From assembly GCA_963816185.1 (NCBI GenBank), contig CAWFJJ010000029.1, positions 96,001-160,000 of the forward strand: DNA of 64,000 nucleotides, in the 5' to 3' direction. The stretch comes from Thermoanaerobaculia bacterium (GTDB lineage Bacteria > Acidobacteriota > Thermoanaerobaculia > UBA5066). Below, in pieces: positions 32,413-43,744 of this stretch (position 1 is its first letter; the number at the start of each line of letters is the position of its first letter). A program made the position numbers and the translations under genes. Under the pieces are notes generated by a model. It was not told where the DNA came from. It did not search any database and was given only the letters and a program-made list of their open reading frames with translations.

Positions 32413-32453
32413 ACCCCCTATCATCGTTCCTCGATGACGGCGAGGGTGGTGCC

Positions 32454-33242
32454 ATGACGCTCGAGCGCGATCCCTGGACCGCCCAGTGGTTCGGGGAGGA
32501 GTACCTCGCCTTCTATCCTGAGCGGGACGAGCGCGAGGCGCGCCGGAAGGCCGTCTTCGCGCGCGAGCTTCTCGCGCCGTTTGCCCGCGTCGGCTCGCTG
32601 CGATTCCTGGACCTCGCCTGCGGGACGGGCCGGCACGCCGTCGCGCTCCACGATGGCCACGGAGGGGTTGTGGGCCTCGACCTGCCGGAGCGCCTGCTTT
32701 TCCAGGCCCGACGGCGAACGGGGCCTCTGCGCCCGTTCTGGGTGCGGGCCGACATGCGTCAGATTCCTTTCCTCACGGGCACGTTCGGCGCCGCCGTGAA
32801 CTTCTTCACGTCGTTCGGCTCTTTCGAGGATTCCTTGGACGACGCTCGCGTCGCGCGCGAGGTGGCGCGGGTCCTCGCGCCGGGAGGAGCGTTCCTGTCG
32901 GACGTCTTCAACGCCGAGCGCGTCGTCTCGACGCTCGCGGTGCGCGAGGTGAAAACGGTGGCTGGCGAGCGCGTGAGCATCCGCCGACGGTACGATCCAT
33001 CGAGCCGGCGCGTGGAGAAGGAGATCGAGGTGGGCTCGGGAGAGAACAAGCGCGTGTTCACGGAGCGTGCCCGGGCGTACACCGAGCACGAGCTCCGGAA
33101 CTTCCACCGCGCAGCAGGCCTCACGGTGCGTGCTGCTTACGGGAATTTCGACGGGTCGCCGTTCGACCGACGGAAGTCGCCGCGTCTGATTCTCCTTGCC
33201 GTGAAACCCACGGCAAAAGCCCGCGTTCAGAAGGAACCATGA
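32454..33242 (+). CDS. Class I SAM-dependent methyltransferase, candidate bacillithiol N-methyltransferase
   Basis: LDLACGTGRH, ADMR, NFFTSFG, LAPGG; stop overlaps bshC start. Confidence 0.8.
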   Translation: MTLERDPWTAQWFGEEYLAFYPERDEREARRKAVFARELLAPFARVGSLRFLDLACGTGRHAVALHDGHGGVVGLDLPERLLFQARRRTGPLRPFWVRADMRQIPFLTGTFGAAVNFFTSFGSFEDSLDDARVAREVARVLAPGGAFLSDVFNAERVVSTLAVREVKTVAGERVSIRRRYDPSSRRVEKEIEVGSGENKRVFTERARAYTEHELRNFHRAAGLTVRAAYGNFDGSPFDRRKSPRLILLAVKPTAKARVQKEP

Positions 33243-34807
33243 CGACGATTTCGCTCGCGCACCTTCCGGGGATCCCCGCCCTGGCGCGCGGCGTCGCGAC
33301 CGGGGCGCCGGACGTCTCCGCTTTCCTTCCGGACCGGCCGGACCTCGAGACGATCGCCCGGAGAGCGCACGCAGTCCTGGCCGCATTCCGGCCACGCGTC
33401 GTCGTCGGCGACACCGACCCAAGGCTCGCCGCATTCGCGCGCGGCGAGGCCACGGTCGTCTTCGCCGGCCAGCAGGCAGGCCTCTTCGGGGGCCCGCTCC
33501 TGACGCTTGTGAAGGCGCTCGCCGCTGAGAAGCTCGCCGTCGACGTCGCCGCGCGAGGGACGGCCGCGGGCCCTGCTTTCTGGTGTGCGTCCGAAGATCA
33601 CGATCTCGTGGAGGTGACGCGGCTCGTCGTGCCAGGGCCTCACGGACCGAAAGACCTCGGCCCCGACGCCTCCTCCCTCGCCGGGAACCGGTCGCCCGTC
33701 GGAGCGCTCCCGGTCGGCATCGACGTGGATGCAATCATCGGGAAGGCGGCGGAAGGTCTCGCACAGCCGCCGGACGCTGCGGACGTGGCGGCGCTCTTGG
33801 CCGCGCATCGCGGGAAGACGTTCTTCGAGGCATTCTCGGCGACGCTCGCATGGCTCCTTGACGGCTCCATTCCAATCCTCGACGCAGCAGACCCCTCCGA
33901 CAAGCCGGCCCTCGTGCCGCTCGCGTGTCGACTCGTGCGCGAGCGCGCCGACGTGAAGAAGCTCCTCGCGGAGCGCGACGCGGCGCTCGAGGCCGCGGGC
34001 TACCCCCTTCAGGTCACGTCCGACCCGGCCGCCCTGCCGCTCTTCGCGCGCGTCGGGAGCGACCGCCTTCTCCTTTTCGAAACGGGATCACGGCTTTCTC
34101 TCAAAGGACTCGAGGGGACATTCGAAACCGGGGAAGTCGTCGAGCGGTTCTCGAGCGGCGCCTGGCTGCCGTCCTTCTCGGCGCTCACGCGCCCGCTCGC
34201 CGCCTCCGCGCTTTTCCCGGTTGCGGCGACGATCCTGGGCCCGGCCGAGATCGCGTACTGGGCCCAGGGCTGGCCGCTCTTTGCGTGGGCCGGAATCGTT
34301 CCGCCCGTGATCGTGCCGCGGCCCCTCGTCGCGCTCGTACCGGCCACGGCGGCGCGCGTTCTCTCAAAGCTCGGCCTTTCCGTGGAGGACGTCCTCGGGG
34401 GCGAGGAGGCGATGCTCCGGAAGAAGGGCGCCGGCGAGGCGGGGGCGCTCCTGGAACGCCTCACGGCCATCCGCGAAGATGCGATCCGCGCGCTCGACGC
34501 CGAGGAGCCGGCCCTCCTCGCCGTCGACCCGTCCCTCAAGAAGGCGGTCGAGACGACGCGCGAGAAAACGAGCTTCGCGTTCGAGAAGCTCGCCGAGAAG
34601 GCCGCTGCAGCGGCGGGGCGCGCAGACGAGCGTACGGCTGCGCAGGTGAAGCGGCTCCTTGAGGAGATCCTGCCCGGAGGCGTCCTCGCCGAGCGCGCGT
34701 ACTCGGCGCTGCCTTACGTCCTCAAGTTCGGCCGCGAGGCCGTCGTGGGTGCGCTCCGGCGGCACCTCGTCTGGAACGAGCCGGGGCTTCAGGTGATTCC
34801 CCTGTGA
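33239..34807 (+). CDS. bshC: Bacillithiol biosynthesis cysteine-adding enzyme
   Basis: GQQAGLFGGPL..LVKA, FWCASEDHD..EV, GPAEIAYWAQ, ER near C-terminus. Confidence 0.9.
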   Translation: MTTISLAHLPGIPALARGVATGAPDVSAFLPDRPDLETIARRAHAVLAAFRPRVVVGDTDPRLAAFARGEATVVFAGQQAGLFGGPLLTLVKALAAEKLAVDVAARGTAAGPAFWCASEDHDLVEVTRLVVPGPHGPKDLGPDASSLAGNRSPVGALPVGIDVDAIIGKAAEGLAQPPDAADVAALLAAHRGKTFFEAFSATLAWLLDGSIPILDAADPSDKPALVPLACRLVRERADVKKLLAERDAALEAAGYPLQVTSDPAALPLFARVGSDRLLLFETGSRLSLKGLEGTFETGEVVERFSSGAWLPSFSALTRPLAASALFPVAATILGPAEIAYWAQGWPLFAWAGIVPPVIVPRPLVALVPATAARVLSKLGLSVEDVLGGEEAMLRKKGAGEAGALLERLTAIREDAIRALDAEEPALLAVDPSLKKAVETTREKTSFAFEKLAEKAAAAAGRADERTAAQVKRLLEEILPGGVLAERAYSALPYVLKFGREAVVGALRRHLVWNEPGLQVIPL

Positions 34808-35541
34808 GCGTGACGCCGGTCGACGTCCTGGTCTTCTCGCCGCATCCCGACGATGCCGAGCTCGGGTGCGGCGGGACGCTCGCCGCCCTCGCTGCGCGCA
34901 GTCTCACGTTCGGGATCGTGGACCTCACGCGCGGCGAGATGGCGACTCGGGGGACGCCCGAGATCCGCGCGGGCGAAGCGGCCGAGGCCGCCCGGATTCT
35001 CGGGGCGCGCTTCCGCGAGACGCTCGACCTCGGAGACGGCGGCCTCAGGGCCGATCGTGCATCTGAGCTTCGGGTCGTCGAGGCCGTCCGCCAGGCGAGG
35101 CCGCGCGTCGTCCTCGCGCCCCTTCCCACGGACCGCCATCCGGATCACGCGCGCGCCGGGCGCCTCGTCCCGGAGGCCTCCTGGTACGCGGGTCTCGCGA
35201 AGCTCGAAGCCCCCCTCGCACCCCATCGACCCGACCAGGTCGTGTTCTACGCGACCTACGTTCTCGTGATGCCGACGTTTCTCGTGGACGTCTCGGCCAC
35301 TTTCGTGACGAAAGTGGCGGCCCTTCGCGCCTATCGCAGCCAGTTTCACGATCCAAACTCCTGCGAGCCGGAGACGTACATCTCTTCGAAGGGCTTCTTC
35401 GACGGCATCGAGGCGCGTGCTCGGGCGCTCGGGAGGATCGCGAACGTGGAGTACGCGGAAGGCTTCGTCACGAACGCGCCCCCCACCCTCGCGGACCCGG
35501 TCGGGGCGTTCTGCGGGTACGAAGGCGGAAAGAGAACGTGA
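34804..35541 (+). CDS. bshB1: Bacillithiol biosynthesis deacetylase
   Basis: PHPDDAELGCGGT, DLTRGE, DRHPDH, SQF, YAEGF. Confidence 0.9.
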   Translation: MSVTPVDVLVFSPHPDDAELGCGGTLAALAARSLTFGIVDLTRGEMATRGTPEIRAGEAAEAARILGARFRETLDLGDGGLRADRASELRVVEAVRQARPRVVLAPLPTDRHPDHARAGRLVPEASWYAGLAKLEAPLAPHRPDQVVFYATYVLVMPTFLVDVSATFVTKVAALRAYRSQFHDPNSCEPETYISSKGFFDGIEARARALGRIANVEYAEGFVTNAPPTLADPVGAFCGYEGGKRT

Positions 35542-36659
35542 AGATCGGTATCACGTGCTATCCCACGTTCGGCGGCTCGGGCGTCGTCGCGACGGAGCTC
35601 GGCCACGAGCTCGCGCGACGCGGGCACGACGTGCACTTCATCACGTATGCGATGCCGTCGCGCCTGAACGTCTTCCTCGACCGTGTCACGTATCACGAGG
35701 TGACGGTCCCGTCTTATCCCCTCTTCCAGTACGCGCCTTACGACCTCGCCCTGGCGACGCGGATGGGCGACGTGGCGACGCACGAGGGTCTCGACCTCAT
35801 TCACGTCCACTACGCGCTGCCGCACGCGGTCTCGGCCCATCTCGCGCGCGAGATGCTCGCCCCGCGGCCCCTCGGCCTCGTGACGACGCTGCACGGAACC
35901 GACGTGACGATCGTCGGGCAGGACCAGTCGTACCTCCCCATCACCCGCTTCTCCATCGAGAAGTCCGACGTCGTCACGGCGGTTTCCGAGCATCTCAAGA
36001 AGGTCACGATCGAGGTCTTCCAACCGAAGAAGGAGATCGAGGTCGTGCCGAACTTCATCGATCCCGAGCGCTGGAAGCCGGAATCGCAGCAGCTCGCCTG
36101 CCGTTTCGTGCCCGAGGGCCGGAAGGTGCTCCTGCACGTCTCGAATTTCCGCCCGGTGAAGCGCGTCCTGGACGTGGTCGAGATCTTCGACCGCCTGAGG
36201 CAGCGCGTCCCCGCGACGCTCGTCATGATCGGCGACGGCCCCGATCGAGCCGCCGCCGAGGCGTTGTGCCGCGAGAAGGGCATCGCGCCGTACGTGTCGT
36301 TCCTCGGGAACATGCCGGCGCTCGAGGCCGTGATGCCCGTCGCGGACCTTTACCTCCTCCCGTCGAACTCGGAGTCCTTCGGGCTCTCCGCCCTCGAGGC
36401 GCAGGCCTGCGGCGTCCCGGTCCTCGGCTATGCCGTGGGCGGGCTCCCGGAGGTCGTTCTGCACGGCGAGACGGGCTTCCTCCGCGAGGTCGGCGACATC
36501 GCGGGCCTCGCCGCGGATGGCGCGGACCTCTTGCTCGACGACGCCCGCTACGCGGCGATGTCTCGCGCGTCGCGCGAGCGTGCCGTCCGCCTCTTCGACG
36601 CGGACACGATGGTGTCGCGCTATCTCGCCTTGTACGAGCGCGTCCTCGCGGCGGCCTGA
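35538..36659 (+). CDS. bshA: N-acetyl-alpha-D-glucosaminyl L-malate synthase
   Basis: KIGITCYPTFGGSGVVATELG, HVHYALPHA, TTLHGTD, HVSNFRPVKR, ESFGLSALEA. Confidence 0.95.
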   Translation: MKIGITCYPTFGGSGVVATELGHELARRGHDVHFITYAMPSRLNVFLDRVTYHEVTVPSYPLFQYAPYDLALATRMGDVATHEGLDLIHVHYALPHAVSAHLAREMLAPRPLGLVTTLHGTDVTIVGQDQSYLPITRFSIEKSDVVTAVSEHLKKVTIEVFQPKKEIEVVPNFIDPERWKPESQQLACRFVPEGRKVLLHVSNFRPVKRVLDVVEIFDRLRQRVPATLVMIGDGPDRAAAEALCREKGIAPYVSFLGNMPALEAVMPVADLYLLPSNSESFGLSALEAQACGVPVLGYAVGGLPEVVLHGETGFLREVGDIAGLAADGADLLLDDARYAAMSRASRERAVRLFDADTMVSRYLALYERVLAAA

Positions 36660-37615
36660 CGCGCGAAGGCGGCGCAGCGCGCCAGCTCGGCCCCGGTCGC
36701 GCCCCACGACGCGGCACGCCGGAACTCCCCCGCGAGCGTCGTCCCGAAAAGGCCGGGATCGTCCGTCGAGAGCGTCACCCGTAAACCGGCGAGGAGCATC
36801 CGGCGGAGAGGGTGCGCCTCACCGCGCGAAACGGCCCCCGTCCTGAGGTTCGATGTCGGGCAGACGTCGCAGACGACGCCGCTCCTCACGAGAGACTTCA
36901 GAAGCGTCGGATCCTCGACGGCCCGGATGCCGTGCGCGATCCGCACGGGCTCGAGAAAACGCATGGCCTCGGCGACCGACTCCGGCCCCGCCCACTCGCC
37001 CGCGTGCACGATCGGGAGGAGTCCGGCCTTTCGCCCCCGCCGATAGACGTCCCGGAAATCGCGCGCCGGGTAAGCCGTTTCGTCGCCGCCGAGGCCGAAA
37101 CCCACGACGCGCCACCAGGGCCGCTCGGCGTGGAGATCGAGGACGCGGGCGGCGGACGCGGGGCCCCAATGCCGCACGAGGTCGAGGAGGATGCGGACAC
37201 GCCCGCGGCCTTTCCTCTCGTGCTCTCGGAAGACGCGTTCGAGCGCGCCGACGACGTCGAACCAGTCGAGCCCGATCTTCTCCACGACGGCCGGAGAGAC
37301 CGTGACCTCCGCCCACCGGACGTTCTCCCGCGCGAGGCGCGACACGAGGTCCCGCGCGATGAGGGCATAGTCAGCGGGGCTTCGAAGCTGCAGGCAGACG
37401 TCCCGGTAGAAGGCGAAGAAGACCTCCTTCGATGAGAGAGCGCGGCGTCGCGCACGAACCGCGGCAAGATCGGGGAAGATGGGGTCGACGGAGCGGGAGG
37501 AGAGGCGGACGAGAGCGGCCGCCCGGACGGCTCCCTCGAGGTGCAGGTGAAGCTCCACTTTCGGCGCGGCGACAAACCGTCGGAGGAAGGCGAGGGCGTC
37601 TCGTCGGGGGATCAC
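36620..37615 (-). CDS. Adenosine/adenine deaminase family
   Basis: PKVELHLHLEG, HAGE, RIAHG, CPTSN, STDDP; GTG start inferred; 3' end overlaps bshA by 40 bp. Confidence 0.9.
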   Translation of the reverse strand: MIPRRDALAFLRRFVAAPKVELHLHLEGAVRAAALVRLSSRSVDPIFPDLAAVRARRRALSSKEVFFAFYRDVCLQLRSPADYALIARDLVSRLARENVRWAEVTVSPAVVEKIGLDWFDVVGALERVFREHERKGRGRVRILLDLVRHWGPASAARVLDLHAERPWWRVVGFGLGGDETAYPARDFRDVYRRGRKAGLLPIVHAGEWAGPESVAEAMRFLEPVRIAHGIRAVEDPTLLKSLVRSGVVCDVCPTSNLRTGAVSRGEAHPLRRMLLAGLRVTLSTDDPGLFGTTLAGEFRRAASWGATGAELARCAAFARQAAARTRSYKAR

Positions 37616-38074
37616 GCGCGCCCATCGTACGAGAGGCCGTTCGAAACCGGGCCGGTCCCTCTCGGGACGCCGCCCAAGGAGAGACTGTGGATGCGCGTCG
37701 CGGCGTTCGGCGTGGACCTGATTCTCGTCGCAGGCGTTCCGCTCCTCCTCGCATCGGCGATCGTCTTCTGCGTTTACGCGTCCTCGCACGAGGCGCCGGC
37801 CGGCCTCGACGACGGCTTCCGGGCAGCCCAGGTCCTGGCCCTGGGCCTTTTCCTCTTCCGCGATGCCGGTGGCGGGAGCCCGGGAAAGAAGCTCTTCGGG
37901 CTGCGCCTCATTCTCGCGGGGGGGGCGAACGCCGGGGCCCGCCAGTCCCTGCTGCGAAACCTTCCCCTTCTCATCCCGGGTTGGAATCTCATTGAGCTGT
38001 CATCACTTCTACGCCGTCGAGACGGGCGGCGGCCAGGCGACCGGGCGGCGGGAACGCTCCTTGTCGAGACCTGA
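37541..38074 (+). CDS. RDD family membrane protein (start uncertain)
   Basis: RVAAFGVD, SPGKKLFGL, LLRN, RRPGDRAAGT. Confidence 0.8.
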   Translation: MQVKLHFRRGDKPSEEGEGVSSGDHARPSYERPFETGPVPLGTPPKERLWMRVAAFGVDLILVAGVPLLLASAIVFCVYASSHEAPAGLDDGFRAAQVLALGLFLFRDAGGGSPGKKLFGLRLILAGGANAGARQSLLRNLPLLIPGWNLIELSSLLRRRDGRRPGDRAAGTLLVET

Positions 38075-38133
38075 AGGTGTTTGGTGCGAAACTTTCGACC
38101 CGGGAACGCCGTTCTCTAGGGTGGGAGCACCGG

Positions 38134-38960
38134 ATGTCCAAGGTTCCATCCTCCGCCCGCGTCCGGAAGAGCCGGCTCGTCCCGGTCCTGGCGGCCCTTT
38201 CCTTTCTCGCGGCGACCGGCCTCCTGGCCGAGGATGCGACGCAGGAGCGGTTCGAGAAGACGTACGACCTCGCCGGCATCCGCAAGGTGAGAGTCCAGAA
38301 CGTGAACGGCGCGATCCAGATCGAGACGGGCGGCGATCAGCTGCACATCGTGGCCGTCAAGAAGGTGAAGTCGTCGTCCGACTCAGATCTCCTCAAGGAG
38401 ACCGAGATCCGCGTGACAAAGGCCGGAAGCCTCATCGAAGTGGAGACGATTCTCCCGAAGCGCGGGCGATTCTTTCCATGGTTCTTCTTCGGGCGGGCAG
38501 GCTCGGCGGACGTGGCCTATCAAATCACGCTGCCCGCCGCGCTCGCCCTCGAGGCCGAGACTGTGAACGGGCGGCTCGCCGCGACGAACCGCGCGGGCGA
38601 TCTCGTCCTGTCGACGGTGAACGGCGCGGTCCGCGTGGAGGGCCACGACGGGCCGCTGAAAGTGAACACCGTCAACGGCTCGGTCGAAGTGTCCTTCGCC
38701 GGCCCCATGCGCCAGGCGAGCCTCGAGACCGTCAACGGGTCGGTCACGATCACGTGCGCGCGCGAGTCCTCGATCCGCTGCACGTTGCAGACGACGAACG
38801 GCCGCATCCAGTCGCAGTTTCCGGAAGTCACGGTCGAGGGCAAGTGGGGCCCGAAAGAGGCCCGCGGCGCGATCAACGGCGGCCGCGAAAGCCTCGCCGT
38901 CGAAACCGTGAACGGGGACGTGCGGCTCTACATGGCCGACGCGGCGCGGCGAAGAAGTAA
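38134..38960 (+). CDS. DUF4097 (adhesin-like beta-helix) exported protein, apparent frameshift just before the stop
   Basis: Signal-like N-terminus, repeated TVNG motifs; natural end DAAKK-TAA at 38960 is out of frame because of a GCGGC duplication. Confidence 0.8.
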
Positions 38961-38996
38961 GCCGCCAGGCACTCTCTTTCGACGGGGAGGGAGAAG

Positions 38997-39081
<85 letters not shown>

Positions 39082-39116
39082 ACGGTGCCGCGAGGGAGGG
39101 GGATTCTAACCGAAAA

Positions 39117-39488
39117 CTATTTCGTCGCCGGAGCCACGGGCGCCGGGAACGACGGGACCGTGCTGCCGGCGGAGGCCGGAACGCCGGCAGGTGCGGGCGC
39201 CGGGACGGCGGCCTTCACGGGCGCGGCCGACTTCGCCCGGGCGAGAACGGAGGACCTCGGCCGGGCCTCCATCAACGAGATCACGACCGCGAGAATCGAG
39301 AACGCCACAAACGACCACGTCGTGATCTTCTCGAGAAGAGTCGTGGCGCCGCGCGCCCCGAAGGTCGTCTGCGAGGAAGAGGCCCCGAAGGCGGCCGACA
39401 CGTCGGCGCCCTTGCCCTGCTGGAGAAGGACGACGAGGACCAGGAAGACACAGACGATGACGTAAATGGGTACCAGGACGTAGATCAT
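39117..39488 (-). CDS. secG: Preprotein translocase subunit SecG
   Basis: VLLQQGKGAD...FG...TTLLEKIT with two TM helices. Confidence 0.93.
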   Translation of the reverse strand: MIYVLVPIYVIVCVFLVLVVLLQQGKGADVSAAFGASSSQTTFGARGATTLLEKITTWSFVAFSILAVVISLMEARPRSSVLARAKSAAPVKAAVPAPAPAGVPASAGSTVPSFPAPVAPATK

Positions 39489-39552
39489 GTGCGGTGATGC
39501 TCCGGTCCCCGGAGGCGAGTCCGGGGGCCGGAAATGATAGCGGAATCGCCGC

Positions 39553-40317
39553 TCAAGCGCGAGAGGCGGCCGCCGCGGCGAGGATCGCCGTCGTGTCAGA
39601 CACGGAAAGAGAAGCGCCTCCGACGAGGCCGCCGTCCACCTCTTCTTGTGCGAAAAGCCCCGGGGCGCTCGCCGGAGAAACGGAGCCGCCGTAGAGAATT
39701 CGCGTCGACCGGGCGGCCGGCCCGCCGAAACGGGCGGCGAGCTCAAGGCGGAGATGCGCGTGAGCGTCCGCGGCCATCTCGGGGGTCGCAGGGAGCCCCG
39801 TCCCGATGGCCCAGACGGGCTCGTAGGCGAGCACGAGACCGGGAGGAGGCACGGCGAAGGCGTCGAGGGCGGCGAGCTGGCTCCGAAGCACGTCCTGCGT
39901 GCGTCCCGCCTCACGCTCCTTGCGCGTCTCGCCGACGCAGTAAAGCGGCGCGAGCCCTTCCTCGGCGAGCCTTGCCAGCTTGCGCGCGAAGTCCGGTTCG
40001 CGCTCTCCCCGGAGAAGGCGCCGCTCACTGTGGCCCACGAGGACGAGCGAGACCCCGGCGTCCTTCAGCATCGCGGCGGACACCTCGCCCGTGAACGCGC
40101 CCTCACGCTCGACGTGAACGTCCTGGGCCGCAAGCGCGATACCGCTGCCGAGAAGCGCCGCGCGAACCCGGTCGAGCGCGGGAAACGACGGGGCGATCGC
40201 CATGTCCACTCCGGCGGGCCGTGCGAGGTCGGCGATCGCGCGAGAGAGCACCGCGGCTGCCGAGGGCGTGCGCGTCATCTTCCAGTTCGCGACGAAAAAG
40301 CGCCGCCGCTCGCTCAA
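39553..40317 (-). CDS. tpiA: Triosephosphate isomerase
   Basis: [40 protein letters not shown]. Confidence 0.97.
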   Translation of the reverse strand: MSERRRFFVANWKMTRTPSAAAVLSRAIADLARPAGVDMAIAPSFPALDRVRAALLGSGIALAAQDVHVEREGAFTGEVSAAMLKDAGVSLVLVGHSERRLLRGEREPDFARKLARLAEEGLAPLYCVGETRKEREAGRTQDVLRSQLAALDAFAVPPPGLVLAYEPVWAIGTGLPATPEMAADAHAHLRLELAARFGGPAARSTRILYGGSVSPASAPGLFAQEEVDGGLVGGASLSVSDTTAILAAAAASRA

Positions 40318-41504
40318 CGCAGGGCCTCCACACCGGGCAGCGTCTCGCCTGCGACGAGATCGAGCGACGCGCCGCCGCCCGTCGACACGTGCGACATCTT
40401 GCCGGCGAGCCCCGCTTCCTTGACGGCCTCGACGCTCTCGCCGCCGCCCACCACGGTGAAGGCGGAGGACTCGGCCAGGATCTTCGCGACGGAGAAGGTG
40501 CCCCGGTCGAACGGTTTCTTCTCGAAGACGCCCATGGGCCCGTTCCAGAAGATGGTTTTCGCATCCTTCGTCATGCGTCGAAACATCTCGACGGTCTTTT
40601 CCCCGATGTCGAAGGCCGCCGCGTCCTGGGGAATCGCGTTCATCGCGACGGTCCTCGCCTCGCCGGCGTTCTCGAGGGAGGGAGCGACGACGAAATCGGA
40701 GGGAAGGACGAGCGCGACGCCGCGCTCTTTGCATCGGTCGAGGATCTGGCGGGCGACGGGGACGCCCTCTTTCTCGAGGAGCGAGCGGCCCACGGGGAGT
40801 GAGAGCGCGGCCACGAAATGGTTCGCCATGCCTCCCCCGACGAGAAGAACGTCGGCCTTTTCGACGAGCGTCCTCAGGGCGGCGAGCTTGCCGAGGATCT
40901 TCGCTCCGCCGAGGATCGCCGCGAACGGGCGCTCGATCGAGGTCACGACCTTCGCGAGGGCCTTGAGCTCCTTCTCCATGAGGAGGCCGATTCCACGCCG
41001 CTCCGGCGGAAAAAGCGCGGCCATGCCGGCCGTTGAGGCGTGGGCGCGGTGGGCGGTTCCGAACGCGTCGTTGACGTAGACGTCGGCGAGGGCAGCGAGC
41101 TGCCGGCAGAACGCCGGGTCGTTGGCCTCCTCGCCGGCGTGAAAACGAAGGTTCTCGAGGACGACGGCCTCGCCGGGCGCGAGCCGCGCGACGGCTCTCT
41201 CCGCCTCCTCTCCAATACAGTCGTGCGCGAACGCGACACTAACGCCGAGACGTGCCTCGAGCGTGCGCGCCACGGGAGCGAGGGAGTACTTCGGATCGGG
41301 CGCCCCCTTCGCTTTGCCGAGATGCGAGGCGAGAACGAGACGGGCGCCTCGCTCGCGGGCGAGGTGGAGCGTGGGCAAGGCTTCGACGACGCGTGTGTCG
41401 TCGCGCACGACGGAGTCCTTGAGCGGCACGTTGAAGTCGACGCGCACGAAGACCCGCTTGCCGTCGAGGTCGAGGTCGCGGATCGAACGCGGAAGATCGG
41501 CCAT
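40314..41504 (-). CDS. pgk: Phosphoglycerate kinase
   Basis: [35 protein letters not shown]. Confidence 0.98.
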   Translation of the reverse strand: MADLPRSIRDLDLDGKRVFVRVDFNVPLKDSVVRDDTRVVEALPTLHLARERGARLVLASHLGKAKGAPDPKYSLAPVARTLEARLGVSVAFAHDCIGEEAERAVARLAPGEAVVLENLRFHAGEEANDPAFCRQLAALADVYVNDAFGTAHRAHASTAGMAALFPPERRGIGLLMEKELKALAKVVTSIERPFAAILGGAKILGKLAALRTLVEKADVLLVGGGMANHFVAALSLPVGRSLLEKEGVPVARQILDRCKERGVALVLPSDFVVAPSLENAGEARTVAMNAIPQDAAAFDIGEKTVEMFRRMTKDAKTIFWNGPMGVFEKKPFDRGTFSVAKILAESSAFTVVGGGESVEAVKEAGLAGKMSHVSTGGGASLDLVAGETLPGVEALR

Positions 41505-41567
41505 GGCGTTCTCCTGTCGGAAGTCGCTCGCGCGATCTTATGCGCCGGGACCTCTATAGTCTCGTTC

Positions 41568-42665
41568 GTGACGTTGGAAGCCGAGCCCAAAACGCGGGTG
41601 ACGCCGTACACGTATTCGGCCGGGCGGCTGCGCCTCCTCGACCAGCGTCGCCTCCCGCACGAGGAGATCTTCCTCGACTGCGAGAGCGCGGCTCAAACGG
41701 CCGAGGCCATCCGCGGCCTCGCGGTGAGGGGGGCCCCGCTGATCGGGGTGGCCGCTGCCTACGGGCTGTGCGCCGAGGCGCGCCGGGTGGCCGCGCGCGT
41801 GCCCGACGATCTCGACGTCGCGCTCGCGCTGGGTGCCGAGAGGCTCGTCTCGGCGCGACCCACCGCCGTGAACCTGACGTGGGCCGTCGGTCGGATGCGC
41901 GCCGTTTTCGAGTCCTCTTCGGGGGGGCGTGCCGACGAGAGGATCCTCCGTCTCGAGGAGGAGGCACACCGGATCGCGGAGGAGGACCGCCTCTCCTGTC
42001 TCGCGATCGGCCGTCTCGGGGCCGCGTGGCTCAAGACGCGCTGGGCGGGCCGCTCCGGCGTTCCGGCGGTCCTCACGCACTGCAACGCGGGCGCTCTCGC
42101 GACGGCCGGAATCGGAACCGCGCTCGGGATCGTGCGCGTGCTCGCGGCCGAGGCGCCGCTCGCGATCCTCGCGGACGAGACCCGACCGTTCCTCCAGGGC
42201 GCGCGCCTCACGGCGTGGGAGCTCAAGCATGATGGGCTCGACGTGACGCTCCTCCCGGACGTCGCGGCCGCCTCTCTGATCGCCCGTGGCCGCGTCCAGG
42301 GCGTCGTCGTGGGCGCCGATCGCATCGCAGCGAACGGCGACGTCGCGAACAAGGTCGGAACGTACGGCCTCGCGCTCGCATGCCGGGCGCACGGTGTCCC
42401 ATTCGTCGTCGCGGCCCCGACGACGACGATCGACCTTGCGACGCCGGACGGCGCGTCGATTCCGATCGAGGAACGCGCCGCCTCGGAAGTGGTCTCGCTG
42501 CCGCTTGCGGGCGGAGGCTTCGCGTCGCTCGCGCCGAACGGCGTCTCCGCCCTCTATCCCGCCTTCGACGTGACCCCCGCGGCCTTGGTCGACGCGATCG
42601 TCACGGAGCGCGGAATCTCCTCTCCGCCGCATTCGGACGCGCTCCGACGGCTCCTCTCGCGATGA
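41568..42665 (+). CDS. mtnA: S-methyl-5-thioribose-1-phosphate isomerase
   Basis: LDQRRLP, VRGAP, RPTAVNL, THCNAGALAT, ETRP.LQGARLT, ANKVGT. Confidence 0.95.
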   Translation: MTLEAEPKTRVTPYTYSAGRLRLLDQRRLPHEEIFLDCESAAQTAEAIRGLAVRGAPLIGVAAAYGLCAEARRVAARVPDDLDVALALGAERLVSARPTAVNLTWAVGRMRAVFESSSGGRADERILRLEEEAHRIAEEDRLSCLAIGRLGAAWLKTRWAGRSGVPAVLTHCNAGALATAGIGTALGIVRVLAAEAPLAILADETRPFLQGARLTAWELKHDGLDVTLLPDVAAASLIARGRVQGVVVGADRIAANGDVANKVGTYGLALACRAHGVPFVVAAPTTTIDLATPDGASIPIEERAASEVVSLPLAGGGFASLAPNGVSALYPAFDVTPAALVDAIVTERGISSPPHSDALRRLLSR

Positions 42666-43744
42666 AGCCGGACGAGGCGCTCGTCCTCGGCCTCGAAACG
42701 TCTTGCGACGAGACCGCGGTCGCGCTTCTCGACGGCGCGGGCAGGGCACGCGCCTCCCTGGTGTCGTCGCAGGAGGAGGCCCATCGCCGATTCGGCGGCG
42801 TCGTGCCCGAGATCGCGGCACGGGCTCATCTCGAGAACCTGCCACCGCTCCTCGACGCGGTGCTCGCCGCTGCCGGCGCGAGCCTCGCCGACGTGACGGC
42901 GGTCGCGGCGACGGCGGGTCCCGGTCTGGTCGGCGCGCTGCTCGTCGGCCTGTCGGAAGGAAAAGGCCTCGCGGTCGGGCTCTCCGTGCCTTTCGTTCCC
43001 GTGAACCACATCGAGGGGCACGCTCTCTCACCCTTCCTCGACGGCGCGGGAGGACCGGCAGCCGCGGTTCCGGAGACGTTCGCCGCGCTCGTGGTCTCGG
43101 GCGGCCACACGCACGTCTTCCGGTTCGAGGCGGAGGGGATCGAGCGCCTCGCGCGGACGCGTGACGACGCCGCCGGCGAGGCCTTCGACAAAGTCGCGAA
43201 GATGGCGGGCCTCGGCTATCCGGGGGGAGCCGCCGTGGACCGTCTCGCGCGGCGCGGCCGCGCGGCACGGCCCTTTCCCCTACCGCATTTCAAGGACGGC
43301 TCGAGAGATTTCAGCTTCTCGGGCCTGAAGACCGCCGCACGAGAGCGCCTCCTCGAGCTGGGCCGCGCCCCCGCGCCGGGACTCCCCGGAGGCCCTTCGC
43401 TCCGCGAGGAGGACGCGCCGCAGGAACTCTGCGATCTGATGGCCGACGTGGAAGAGGCGATCGTCGCGCAGCTTCTCCACCGCCTCTCCCGGCTTCACGA
43501 GGCCCGGCGATTCGAGCTCCTCACGGTATCGGGCGGCGTGGCGGCGAACACTCTCGTGAGGGAGCGCATCCCGGCCTGGGGACACTCGCGCGGCGTGGAC
43601 GTCCGGCTCGCCCCGCGGGCCCTGACCGGCGACAATGCCGTGATGATCGCGTTTGCGGGATTGCGGAAGCTCCGCGCGGGCCGCACGGGCGAGGGGCTCG
43701 GCGCGGTCGCACGGTCTCGCTGGCCGGTCGAAACGCTAAGATAG
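42662..43744 (+). CDS. tsaD: tRNA N6-adenosine threonylcarbamoyltransferase
   Basis: [43 protein letters not shown]. Confidence 0.96.
   Translation: MKPDEALVLGLETSCDETAVALLDGAGRARASLVSSQEEAHRRFGGVVPEIAARAHLENLPPLLDAVLAAAGASLADVTAVAATAGPGLVGALLVGLSEGKGLAVGLSVPFVPVNHIEGHALSPFLDGAGGPAAAVPETFAALVVSGGHTHVFRFEAEGIERLARTRDDAAGEAFDKVAKMAGLGYPGGAAVDRLARRGRAARPFPLPHFKDGSRDFSFSGLKTAARERLLELGRAPAPGLPGGPSLREEDAPQELCDLMADVEEAIVAQLLHRLSRLHEARRFELLTVSGGVAANTLVRERIPAWGHSRGVDVRLAPRALTGDNAVMIAFAGLRKLRAGRTGEGLGAVARSRWPVETLR

Noticed and set aside
36620-36659. Convergent bshA/deaminase overlap as antisense regulation
   Set aside because: A 40-bp tail-to-tail overlap is common in high-GC genomes and has no further support
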